From: an uncultured virus (IMG/VR IMGVR_UViG_3300009466_000002)
Taxonomy: Duplodnaviria; Heunggongvirae; Uroviricota; Caudoviricetes
Direction: 5' to 3' (one strand)
Length of the DNA: 64,000 bases
IMG/VR virus record: IMGVR_UViG_3300009466_000002
In this document: piece after piece, positions 8,079 to 15,606 of the stretch
Layout: each line of letters opens with the position of its first letter
How positions within the stretch are numbered: position 1 is the stretch's first letter
Made by a program: the position numbers and the translations under genes
The notes under the pieces: model-generated
What the model was told of the DNA's origin: nothing
Database searches by the model: none
Seen by the model: only the letters and a program-made list of their open reading frames with translations

Positions 8079-8937
8079 GGTTGCCGGTGTGGAGGTGGTA
8101 GCGCAGCTTGTTGAGGGCGGTGCGCTGGAGTTGGCCGGCGCGGGAGCGGGTGAAGCCGAGCTCGTCGGCGATTTCGCGGAGGGTGCGTTCTGCGAAGAAG
8201 CGCTCGCGGATGATGTGCGCCTCGTTATCGGGGAGGTGTACCAGGGCGGCTTCGACGGCATCGCGGTTGGCGGCGGCGGTGAGGAATTCGTCGGGCTCGG
8301 TGCCGTAGGAGCCGGCGGGGTTGGCGATGAGGTCGATCAGGCTGTTGGTGCCCTCAGGGGAGATGACGTCGAGGGAGCAGCAGGTCGTGGTGGTGTGGCA
8401 CTGGAGGACCTGGGCGACGCGCTCGGGGGAGGTTTCGACGGCTTCGGCGATCTCGGGGTAGGTGGGGGCGCGGCCTTCGTTGGAGGTGAAGACGGCGGTG
8501 AAGCGCTGGATGCGGGTGATCAGTTCGTGGGTGTTGATCGGCAGGCGGATGGCGCGGGCGTGGGTGTGGATCGCGCGGGTGATGGCTTGGCGGATCCACC
8601 AGTAGGAGTAGGTGGAGACGGCGTAGCCGCGGGTGGGGTCGAAGAGCTCGAGGCCGCGGATCAGGCCGAGATTGCCCTCTTGGATGAGGTCAGCCAAATC
8701 CAATCCTCTGTTTTGATAGCGCTTAGCGATAGAGACGACCAAGCGCAAATTAGATCTAACCATCGCATCCATAGATCGTTTTCCTGCCTTTTGCACATCT
8801 GGAGGTGCGGATTTATGGCCTTCCGGCCAGGTCATCCAGCGGCGGATGCGTTGACTGTGACGGAGTTGCGCTTCTTTGGTGAGGACTGGGTGGCGTCCTA
8901 TCGCCGCCAGGTAGTCGTGAAGCTCGGAGCTTGCCAT
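8059..8937 (-). CDS. RNA polymerase sigma-70 factor, cyanobacterial RpoD/group-2-like
   Basis: YLAAIGRHPVLT (1.2), NLRLVVSIAKRY..RGL...DLIQEGNLGL, FDPTRGY..STY.YWWIRQAITRAI, region 4 HTH. Confidence 0.95.
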   Translation of the reverse strand: MASSELHDYLAAIGRHPVLTKEAQLRHSQRIRRWMTWPEGHKSAPPDVQKAGKRSMDAMVRSNLRLVVSIAKRYQNRGLDLADLIQEGNLGLIRGLELFDPTRGYAVSTYSYWWIRQAITRAIHTHARAIRLPINTHELITRIQRFTAVFTSNEGRAPTYPEIAEAVETSPERVAQVLQCHTTTTCCSLDVISPEGTNSLIDLIANPAGSYGTEPDEFLTAAANRDAVEAALVHLPDNEAHIIRERFFAERTLREIADELGFTRSRAGQLQRTALNKLRYHLHTGNHADPRP

Positions 8938-8940
8938 GTG

Positions 8941-9516
8941 TCAGACCCGTACGTGAAGCCATATCTTTTGCTTCTTTATCTGACTTATTAGTTGCTGACA
9001 TACTTCGTACTCTAGGGCCAAGGCTTTTTGGCTCAAGTTGCTTTTTCTTATTGCTATAACTTGTGCTTCGGTAAGCTTGCTGCCTGGGTTTTTGGGTCCA
9101 ATAAGACTGGTACCGTGCCGCTTCTTATCTGCGTGATTGTTCTTTCTTGTATCCCACCTTAAATTCGCGACACTGTTGTCGGCCTTGTTTCCGTTGTTAT
9201 GGCAGACCTCTTGCCCTTGTTGTTGTTGTTGTAGCAAAAACGTAAGGGCAACGAGCCTGTGGACTAAATACGTTTCGCCACGGGCTCTATCCTTGAGGCG
9301 CACCGTTACATAGCCGTCTTTTCTAGTTTGAGGCTTTAACACTCTACCGCTTTTAACCCGCTTGAATTGCCCCCATTGATTATTGGTAACTTCTTCTCTG
9401 GTTAAAGACCGTACTTGACCGTGAGTAGATACCTGATAGAAACCCTCCCATCCAGGGATGTCGCGCCATTCCTCTAAGGGGCTTACAGCCTGTTGGCTTG
9501 AACGGAGGTTCGTCAT
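8941..9516 (-). CDS. NUMOD4-HNH homing endonuclease
   Basis: EEWRDIPGWEGFYQVS..GQVRS (NUMOD4), VHRLVA..F...VCHNNGNKADN.VANLRW, C-terminal HTH; AT-rich; start uncertain. Confidence 0.9.
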   Translation of the reverse strand: MTNLRSSQQAVSPLEEWRDIPGWEGFYQVSTHGQVRSLTREEVTNNQWGQFKRVKSGRVLKPQTRKDGYVTVRLKDRARGETYLVHRLVALTFLLQQQQQGQEVCHNNGNKADNSVANLRWDTRKNNHADKKRHGTSLIGPKNPGSKLTEAQVIAIRKSNLSQKALALEYEVCQQLISQIKKQKIWLHVRV

Positions 9517-9580
9517 AGAGATAGAGCGACCGGTTCCGGTTGGATAGCCGTGAGTTCTGCTTCTGGACATCGAGGCATTG

Positions 9581-9925
9581 TCAACCAGATCTGGACGGGT
9601 GAGGGTAAATAGAAGGTGAAGGTTTGGCCTGATGGGTCGTGGCTGGGATGTCCTGTTGAGCGGGGAGTGCAGCGCCGCTGGGCGTATGCACCTGGATAGC
9701 GGGCTCGAGGTTCGCGGGTGGGTAAGGCAGCCAGCCGTTCTCGGGGTCCAGGTCGTGTGTGAGGTGCTCGGCGAGGGCCCACTGGGAGCGGATGATGTCC
9801 TCGAAAACGCGCTCGAGGAGCGGCGCGCTGCCTGAGTAGGAGAAGGCACCGTCAGGGCCGTCGTGGAGTTCCCAGCGGTAGTAGCCGTCGGGGGTGGAGC
9901 GGATGGTGATGAGGAGGGGGTTCAT
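9581..9925 (-). CDS. hypothetical protein
   Basis: ATGA overlap with thyX. Confidence 0.65.
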   Translation of the reverse strand: MNPLLITIRSTPDGYYRWELHDGPDGAFSYSGSAPLLERVFEDIIRSQWALAEHLTHDLDPENGWLPYPPANLEPAIQVHTPSGAALPAQQDIPATTHQAKPSPSIYPHPSRSG

Positions 9926-10545
9926 GACCAGGCGGCTTCAGCGATCACGGGGAACTGCGCCGTGAAGATGGCGCGGCACTGCTCCGCTAGGAGGCGATGT
10001 TCGAGCTGCGTGCCCGCGTAAGTGCGGAGGTCAATGAAGTGCAGCCAGCTGCGCAAGGTCCCGTGCATGTAGAGCCGGGTAGGGGTGCAGAGCGGGAGAA
10101 TGCGGCGGGCGGTTTCTTTGGCTACGCCCTCGGTGAGCATGTCCTCGTAGAGGAGGTAGGCGTCGCCGATGAGGCGGGCACAGCGCTCATCCCAGCGACG
10201 TTTTTCGTCCTCGGTGAGGGTGTCGTGGCTGCTTTGGCGGTTGCTCGGGTCCTGGGTGCGTTGGGGCGGGCACTCGGCCACGGTGGTGCGCGAGTAGCGG
10301 GTTGAGAACTCCTGGAAGGAGAAGCTCCGGTGGCGCAGGATCTGAGCGGCGATGTCGCGCTCGGTTTCGATGAGCACGCAGAGCGAGGCCATCTCGAAGG
10401 GCGACCAGTGGCGGTGCTTGATCAGGTAGCGCAGGAGCTTGGGGCCGGTGTCCCAGTTCTCTTCGTTACCTGGGTTGCTGACGCGGGCCATCTTGACGAT
10501 CAGGCGCTCGGCGTCAGGGGTGCAATGGACGAGGGTGACGCTCAT
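9922..10545 (-). CDS. thyX: FAD-dependent thymidylate synthase
   Basis: HWSPFEM, QILRHRSFSFQEFSTRY, GTLRSWLHFIDLR...QLEHR. Confidence 0.97.
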   Translation of the reverse strand: MSVTLVHCTPDAERLIVKMARVSNPGNEENWDTGPKLLRYLIKHRHWSPFEMASLCVLIETERDIAAQILRHRSFSFQEFSTRYSRTTVAECPPQRTQDPSNRQSSHDTLTEDEKRRWDERCARLIGDAYLLYEDMLTEGVAKETARRILPLCTPTRLYMHGTLRSWLHFIDLRTYAGTQLEHRLLAEQCRAIFTAQFPVIAEAAWS

Positions 10546-10802
10546 CCTTTCTTGTAGGTAAGGGGCTTGGTGGAGCAGTGGATCTGGGGGACGCGCCAGG
10601 TGGTGCCGGTGCGGTGGTCGTAGATCTTGTAGTGGGGGAAGCCCATCCAGAGTTCGCCGCCGACGACGGTGTAGGTGTCTTGGAGGGCGCGGCCGAGGAC
10701 GTGGACGAGCTCGCCGATGCGAAAGCGCCAGGGGTAGGGGCAGGGAGCGGTTTCGGTGGGCTCGGGGGCCCGGGTCATGGGGATGGTGGGGATGACAGGC
10801 AT
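10542..10802 (-). CDS. hypothetical protein
   Basis: 86 aa, coupled to thyX. Confidence 0.65.
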   Translation of the reverse strand: MPVIPTIPMTRAPEPTETAPCPYPWRFRIGELVHVLGRALQDTYTVVGGELWMGFPHYKIYDHRTGTTWRVPQIHCSTKPLTYKKG

Positions 10803-10805
10803 GGG

Positions 10806-11369
10806 TTAGACGGCGACGGGGGTGACGACGCTTTGCACCCGGCTGTAGAGCTGAAGCAAGGTGCCGTCGTTGGTGAGGCGGCGGTCGAAGAGGGGGTAGT
10901 CGTCGAGGCTGCCCTCGCTGGCGTGGGAGGTGCCGCGCTCGGTGGAGGGGCGTTCGATGCGCCAGAGTTCGCCACCGAGGCGGCGGATTAGGGCGGCTTC
11001 GTTGGGAAACCGGCAGTCATCGACGACAACTGGAATTCCTTCCCCGAGAAATTGCCGGATACGGGACTCGGCGCACATCGTCCAGATGTGAGGGTGAATG
11101 CAGTTACGTCCGTACTCGGTGCCTAGGGTTTGCAACATGTGTCGCGCGGTAGTACGAAGCTCGGGGATGATCTCCTCCTTGTCGGTGTTGACCAGGCGGC
11201 GCGCATTGTCCTCGGACAGACCAATCTCAGTGAGCAGTAGGACGGTCATCCTCTTGATTGGGGCCGCAAAGGACACAGCACGCCATCCGTGCGCGAGGAG
11301 GTAATTGGCGATAGTGGTTTTCCCACTTTGTGGGGCGGGAGAGTAAAGGCCGATGAGTCGTGTCGTCAA
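10806..11369 (-). CDS. deoxynucleoside monophosphate kinase
   Basis: P-loop PQSGKTT, SFAAPIK, R.MLQTLGTEYGR, DCRFPNE, HASE. Confidence 0.9.
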   Translation of the reverse strand: MTTRLIGLYSPAPQSGKTTIANYLLAHGWRAVSFAAPIKRMTVLLLTEIGLSEDNARRLVNTDKEEIIPELRTTARHMLQTLGTEYGRNCIHPHIWTMCAESRIRQFLGEGIPVVVDDCRFPNEAALIRRLGGELWRIERPSTERGTSHASEGSLDDYPLFDRRLTNDGTLLQLYSRVQSVVTPVAV

Positions 11370-11375
11370 TTTTTT

Positions 11376-11891
11376 TTAGGGGTGAGGGGAGAACAGAGAA
11401 AAATCTCGGTGAATTTCTATTGAAGCTTCTATATAGGCTTTCCTTGCATCTTCTAGGTCATCAAAATATCCAAGATGAACATTCGCGCCTGAGCGTTTAA
11501 TACTTGCGCGCCACTTCTTGTCCCGCTTATGCCAGCACACACCAGGTGCTCCTGACTTATTGGTGCTATATCTTGTGTTAAAACTGTTTTCTGCTCTGCT
11601 CGCTAGGCGCAGGTTTTCGAGTCTGTCATCACCTTTTATCCTGTTTATGTGATCTATTTCAAAGGGTCCAGGGTCATCGTGGAAGTATGCCCAAATCAAG
11701 CGATGGCGTCTATATGTTGTTCCCTTTATGGCTATTACTCTGTAGCCCTCGGGATCTGTGCAGCCCGCGGGTAATGTAAGGCTTGCTTTAGGGGATGGTC
11801 GTTTGCGCCAGTAGAGGGAGCCCTCTACAACGCTATACGTGAATAAATCTAGTAGTAATTCCTGAGGTGGCATTGCTAAATGATTAGTCAT
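11376..11891 (-). CDS. HNH-AP2 homing endonuclease
   Basis: HRLIW...EIDHINR.K.D.RLENLRLA + SG..GVCWHKRDKKWRASI...HLGYF (AP2); AT-rich. Confidence 0.92.
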   Translation of the reverse strand: MTNHLAMPPQELLLDLFTYSVVEGSLYWRKRPSPKASLTLPAGCTDPEGYRVIAIKGTTYRRHRLIWAYFHDDPGPFEIDHINRIKGDDRLENLRLASRAENSFNTRYSTNKSGAPGVCWHKRDKKWRASIKRSGANVHLGYFDDLEDARKAYIEASIEIHRDFSLFSPHP

Positions 11892-12295
11892 GGCGAGGGG
11901 CGTTTGTCGGTGATGGAGGGGTCGAGGATTCCGAGGAGGGTGAGGTGCATGGCGCAGCCAGCGCGGCGGTAGATCTCGGGGGGATTGCCGCCGTTTTTGG
12001 GGTCGCCGAGGATGGACCAGAGCAGTGAGGTGTACTGGCTGGTGATCAGCTCGGCGTTCTCTTCTTGGGCGAAGAGGGCCACCAGTGCGCAGAGGGCTTG
12101 GGAGGCCAGGAGTTCGGCGTCGATGCCCAGCTCGTCGAGCTCGGTTGCGATGGCGCGGATCGTGGGAGAGGAGGTGGTGCCGTCGGTGGAGAACATCTCC
12201 TTGAAGGGGATCTCCCGGGCTCGGGCGATCTGGCCGATGAGGCTGCCGGCGACAGCGGTGCTGAGGTACTCCTCGAGCCGGTTGGGAGGAGTCAC
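11888..12295 (-). CDS. hypothetical protein
   Basis: 135 aa, overlapping starts and stops. Confidence 0.7.
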   Translation of the reverse strand: MTPPNRLEEYLSTAVAGSLIGQIARAREIPFKEMFSTDGTTSSPTIRAIATELDELGIDAELLASQALCALVALFAQEENAELITSQYTSLLWSILGDPKNGGNPPEIYRRAGCAMHLTLLGILDPSITDKRPSP

Positions 12296-12996
12296 TTGCG
12301 CTTCCTGTTGCGGGTGAAGGTGAAGCGCTTCAGCCGGGCGAGGAAGTGTTTGTAGAGCTGCTCGAGGGCCCGGGCGTCGAGGGTTTCGATCTGCGGCTGG
12401 GAGTCCGCGATGGCGACGACGATCTTGGCCTGGGTGATATGAAGACCCATATGGCCGTAGACGTAGTTAGCGGCCGCGGTGTAGGCGGCGCACTGCAGCG
12501 AGTAGTCGTAGAGCTTGTCCGGCTTGCGGGGAGAGTCGGCCGTTTTCCAGTCGCACAACGTGGGCTGGGTGCCGTCCGCGGTGAGGTAGGCGATGCAGTC
12601 CAGGGTTCCGGCGAAACCGTCGGGGTGCCAGATGGCGCCCTCGAGGAGCAGCGGGGCGTCGATGGTGTCGAGGAAGGCGCGCGACGACTTCCAGTAGGGA
12701 GTAAATGCGAGGTTGTATGCAGGCTCGGTGCCGTCGGTTAGGTAGCGCTCGATGTTTTCGTGGTGGCCGTTACCGCGGAAGCAGGCGTAGGAACTGATGA
12801 AGTCGGCGCGCTCGTGACCGACGGATTCGCGCCAGGCTTCGAGGCCGGAGTTATCGCGGGAGCCGGAGAGGACTGTGGTCACCGAGGGGACCGCTCCGAC
12901 CGGGGTGGTGTAAAGGCGCTCCTCGTTGATGTGCGTGCGGACAGGCTCGTAGCGAGGGAGGACGCGGAGCCGCTCAGTCAGCTGGGCGGAGTTCAT
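12292..12996 (-). CDS. PD-(D/E)XK exonuclease
   Basis: PSVTTVL, RGN..H, E..IW...FAGTLDC, DWKT, Y.LQ..AY. Confidence 0.9.
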   Translation of the reverse strand: MNSAQLTERLRVLPRYEPVRTHINEERLYTTPVGAVPSVTTVLSGSRDNSGLEAWRESVGHERADFISSYACFRGNGHHENIERYLTDGTEPAYNLAFTPYWKSSRAFLDTIDAPLLLEGAIWHPDGFAGTLDCIAYLTADGTQPTLCDWKTADSPRKPDKLYDYSLQCAAYTAAANYVYGHMGLHITQAKIVVAIADSQPQIETLDARALEQLYKHFLARLKRFTFTRNRKRK

Positions 12997-13234
12997 AGTC
13001 GATGCCTGGCTGCGGGTTGAGAAGGTCGTTGGGATCGCAGCCGAAGATTTCGAGTAGCGCTACGAAGACTTCAGGGTCGAGGTAGCGGCTACGGGCAAAG
13101 CGGATGCGGTTGAGGGTGTTGAGGGTGACGCCGAGTTCGTGGGCGAGGCGGGTCGGTGTCCAGCCCCGTTTGAACGCGCAGTGCTCGACATTTCGTGCGT
13201 AAACGCAGAGCAGAGGCGGACGTTGCTCGGACAT
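12974..13234 (-). CDS. Cro/CI-type HTH regulator
   Basis: GWTPTRLAHELGVTLNTLNRI...L.EIFGCDPNDLL. Confidence 0.85.
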   Translation of the reverse strand: MSEQRPPLLCVYARNVEHCAFKRGWTPTRLAHELGVTLNTLNRIRFARSRYLDPEVFVALLEIFGCDPNDLLNPQPGIDYELRPAD

Positions 13235-13262
13235 TGGTGCAAGGCTTTGATCAACACTAACG

Positions 13263-13291
13263 AAACGGGTGGGTCGTGACCCACCCTGTTT
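13263..13291 (-). terminator. hairpin downstream of SSB
   Basis: aaac-gggtgggtc-gt-gacccaccc-tgttt. Confidence 0.55.
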
Positions 13292-13305
13292 GCGAATAGG
13301 TTGGC

Positions 13306-13839
13306 TTATGCCAGAGGATCAGTCCAGGGATCCAAGCCGTCGAACAGAGCGTTCAGGTTGCAGTACGTGTTGTCCCAACGGTCCTGGATGGACTTCGGAA
13401 TGGGCTTGGGAGGCGCGGCGACGACGTGGTACTCCGTTTTGAGACCCTCTCCAGTGCGAGTGAGTTTGATGTCGTAGCTGGTTATGTCGAGGCCGAAGTC
13501 CTCGTCTTTCATAAACTTCCCGATCTGTTCCGAGATGGTCTGCTGGGTCCACTCGAAAGCTTTGAACTCGTCAGTCGAGTAGTCGTAGACCGCATGGGTG
13601 TGGAAGCTTCGTAGCGGAGACTTCCCTGGCTCACATTTGATGTTTTCGGGTAGCTCTTCGGGTTTCAGCTCGAAGCGCGCAGGCTTGTTGTCTGTTGTCC
13701 AGCCGAGCAGGCCGGAGATGCCAGTGCCAATAAAACGCATCCGGCATTCACCCTCAATCTTGGAGGGGTTGATGAAGCGCCCGCCTACACCGGCGGACTT
13801 TGCACTCGCTTCGAGCGATTCAAGTGAGAAAACTGCCAT
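13306..13839 (-). CDS. single-stranded DNA-binding protein (gp32-like)
   Basis: YDIKLTRTGEGLKTEY motif; acidic/aromatic C-terminus; next to the exonuclease. Confidence 0.7.
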   Translation of the reverse strand: MAVFSLESLEASAKSAGVGGRFINPSKIEGECRMRFIGTGISGLLGWTTDNKPARFELKPEELPENIKCEPGKSPLRSFHTHAVYDYSTDEFKAFEWTQQTISEQIGKFMKDEDFGLDITSYDIKLTRTGEGLKTEYHVVAAPPKPIPKSIQDRWDNTYCNLNALFDGLDPWTDPLA

Positions 13840-13875
13840 GACTAAAAAGGGGGTTGGTTGAAAGAGGAAAGGGGG

Positions 13876-14049
13876 TTAGCGGGAAGACGGCACACGCAAT
13901 GACATCGCGTGGACTCTGATGATCTGCTCGCAGACCTCAGATGGCGATGAGTCGTTGCCGTGTGCCAGGTCGACCAAGTGTTTGTGGGCGGTGTCTGTGA
14001 GGTACAGGTGCCGCTTGCGCTTGAGCTCGCCGTAGAGGCGGGGCTTCAT
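13876..14049 (-). CDS. RHH regulator (cyanobacterial plasmid/phage type)
   Basis: YGELK....LYLTDTA...L...A.....SPSEVCEQIIR. Confidence 0.7.
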   Translation of the reverse strand: MKPRLYGELKRKRHLYLTDTAHKHLVDLAHGNDSSPSEVCEQIIRVHAMSLRVPSSR

Positions 14050-14076
14050 GCTCACTCCCATTGGTCAACTGATTGC

Positions 14077-14115
14077 ATCCTAGTGCGGTTGGAAGGGAGC
14101 GTCAACCCATTCAGG
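14077..14115 (-). promoter_or_regulatory. sigma70-like promoter with CCTGAATRRG box
   Basis: CCTGAATGGG-TTGACG-17 nt-TAGGAT. Confidence 0.65.
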
Positions 14116-14607
14116 TCAGGACTTTCGGAAGAGATGTTTAAGCCAGGCGAGTTGCTTGCGCTGGGCGTAGGTGCCGCGCTCGGGGGCTGGCCAGCTGCTG
14201 GCGCGGAATTGCTTGACCGGTAGGGGCAGGTCGGGGAAGTCGTTGCGGGCGCCGCAGATGGAGAGGATTGCGCGGCCGCTTGCGGTCAGGATTAAGGGTA
14301 TGACTGGTGTTTCGACGTCCAGGGGATTGGCGCGGCTGTCCTCGAGGAGCTGGGCATAAGGCTCGAGGTACACAAAGTTGCGCTCGCTACAAATGGCGGT
14401 GAACATCTCGCCACCGCAGTCGTGCTCGCAGATCAGCCGGGCGAAGCGGCCGCGGGGGGAGTCGAGGATCTGGATGTCGTGGAGGCTTTTGTACTCCCAG
14501 CCGCTCTCGGGGGAGGTGACCGTTATCGGAATCGTGGCGTAATGGCGGTTGTAGGTCACGGCTACAGAGCAGTTGACGCAATGTACCCGCACCGATAGGG
14601 CCTGCAA
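14116..14607 (-). CDS. hypothetical protein
   Basis: ORF fills the gap; start uncertain. Confidence 0.55.
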   Translation of the reverse strand: MQALSVRVHCVNCSVAVTYNRHYATIPITVTSPESGWEYKSLHDIQILDSPRGRFARLICEHDCGGEMFTAICSERNFVYLEPYAQLLEDSRANPLDVETPVIPLILTASGRAILSICGARNDFPDLPLPVKQFRASSWPAPERGTYAQRKQLAWLKHLFRKS

Positions 14608-14651
14608 GCTGCCGCTGCCACCATTGGTGGTGGCTGCTTGGGTTAATGCTT

Positions 14652-15371
14652 TTACCCGGCCTTGCTCTGGCGGAGCAAACTCAAGAGCTCGTCTTCGGTT
14701 TCGGGGCCGCCGAGGTGCGCGGTCAAGGTGCTGATCGCGGGAAGTTCAGCGGTGAACTCGTCGGCAGTCCAGGATTCGCGGGCCTGAATGACGGCTCGGA
14801 TTCGGTTAAGGCGCGCGGCATCTCGGGCCGGGTAGTGCTCACGTAGGACACGGTCGAGCTCGACGATCAGGTCGAGGTCTCTGTCGCGGAACAGCTTGCG
14901 GATCATGCTGCCCCAGCTATTGGACATCTCGTCAGCTTGGCGCTCGGAGATGTAGTTCTGCTTGAGGTCGATGTCGGTGGGTTCGCGCTGGCCGCAGAAG
15001 ACCTCGGACCACCAGCCGAGGGATGGAGGTTGGCCGTTCTCGGTGATGGCGAAGGCTTCTGAGTAGAGGTTGCTGCTGTCGGTATTGGGTATCAGACGTT
15101 TAGTCGTGCTATACCGGTGGACGTAGTAGTTCAAACGTTCTATCGCGATGAACGTGCGGGGGCCGGGGCTGAGGAGCTTGGCGTGGCGCAGGCCACTGAT
15201 CTGGCTGGAGTGCAGCCAGCCGACTCCGTCCATGGAGGCTTTGGCTAGGGCGACCATGGTCGGGTGAGACCAGCCGTTGATGTCCATCCAGCGGGTGAAC
15301 AGCAGCGAGAAGGTCTGAACACCCTGCGCGAATTGGGCGCGGTGGTCGATCACCGTGTCCTGTTTGGTCAT
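14652..15371 (-). CDS. putative HTH regulator/repressor, divergent from the replication operon
   Basis: WMDINGWSHPTMVALA...HSSQISGLR..K...PGPRTF resembles an XRE helix pattern; position. Confidence 0.55.
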   Translation of the reverse strand: MTKQDTVIDHRAQFAQGVQTFSLLFTRWMDINGWSHPTMVALAKASMDGVGWLHSSQISGLRHAKLLSPGPRTFIAIERLNYYVHRYSTTKRLIPNTDSSNLYSEAFAITENGQPPSLGWWSEVFCGQREPTDIDLKQNYISERQADEMSNSWGSMIRKLFRDRDLDLIVELDRVLREHYPARDAARLNRIRAVIQARESWTADEFTAELPAISTLTAHLGGPETEDELLSLLRQSKAG

Positions 15372-15528
15372 GAGTACAAGGTTTGGGCCTGAACGCCCAC
15401 GTCTTATGACTTGACCTTAAAAGGTTTCGAGTAACTGATCAAACCCTTTACGGATTTGGTGCTCTTTTGGGGCTTGTCCGAATCTGGTTGCACCGTTACG
15501 GTGGCTTGCCCGGGTCGGGCTGACCAGC

Positions 15529-15561
15529 AAAAAAGCCCCTCCCTGACTTGGGGGAGGGGCT
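15529..15561 (-). terminator. hairpin with U-tract on the minus strand in the divergent intergenic region
   Basis: aaaaaa-gcccctccc-tgacttg-ggggaggggc. Confidence 0.5.
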
Positions 15562-15606
15562 TCGGGATGCCCTGGTCTGGGCGAGTCTCACGCGACCAGA
15601 ACGTAC

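Noticed and set aside
9217..9234. CAA microsatellite (poly-Gln) as a phase-variation switch
   Set aside because: Short and in-frame, so it cannot shift the reading frame.
8941..11891. Group I introns or inteins housing the HNH genes
   Set aside because: The flanking genes (sigma, thyX, kinase) are intact and uninterrupted; Pol A, helicase and TerL show no intein motifs.
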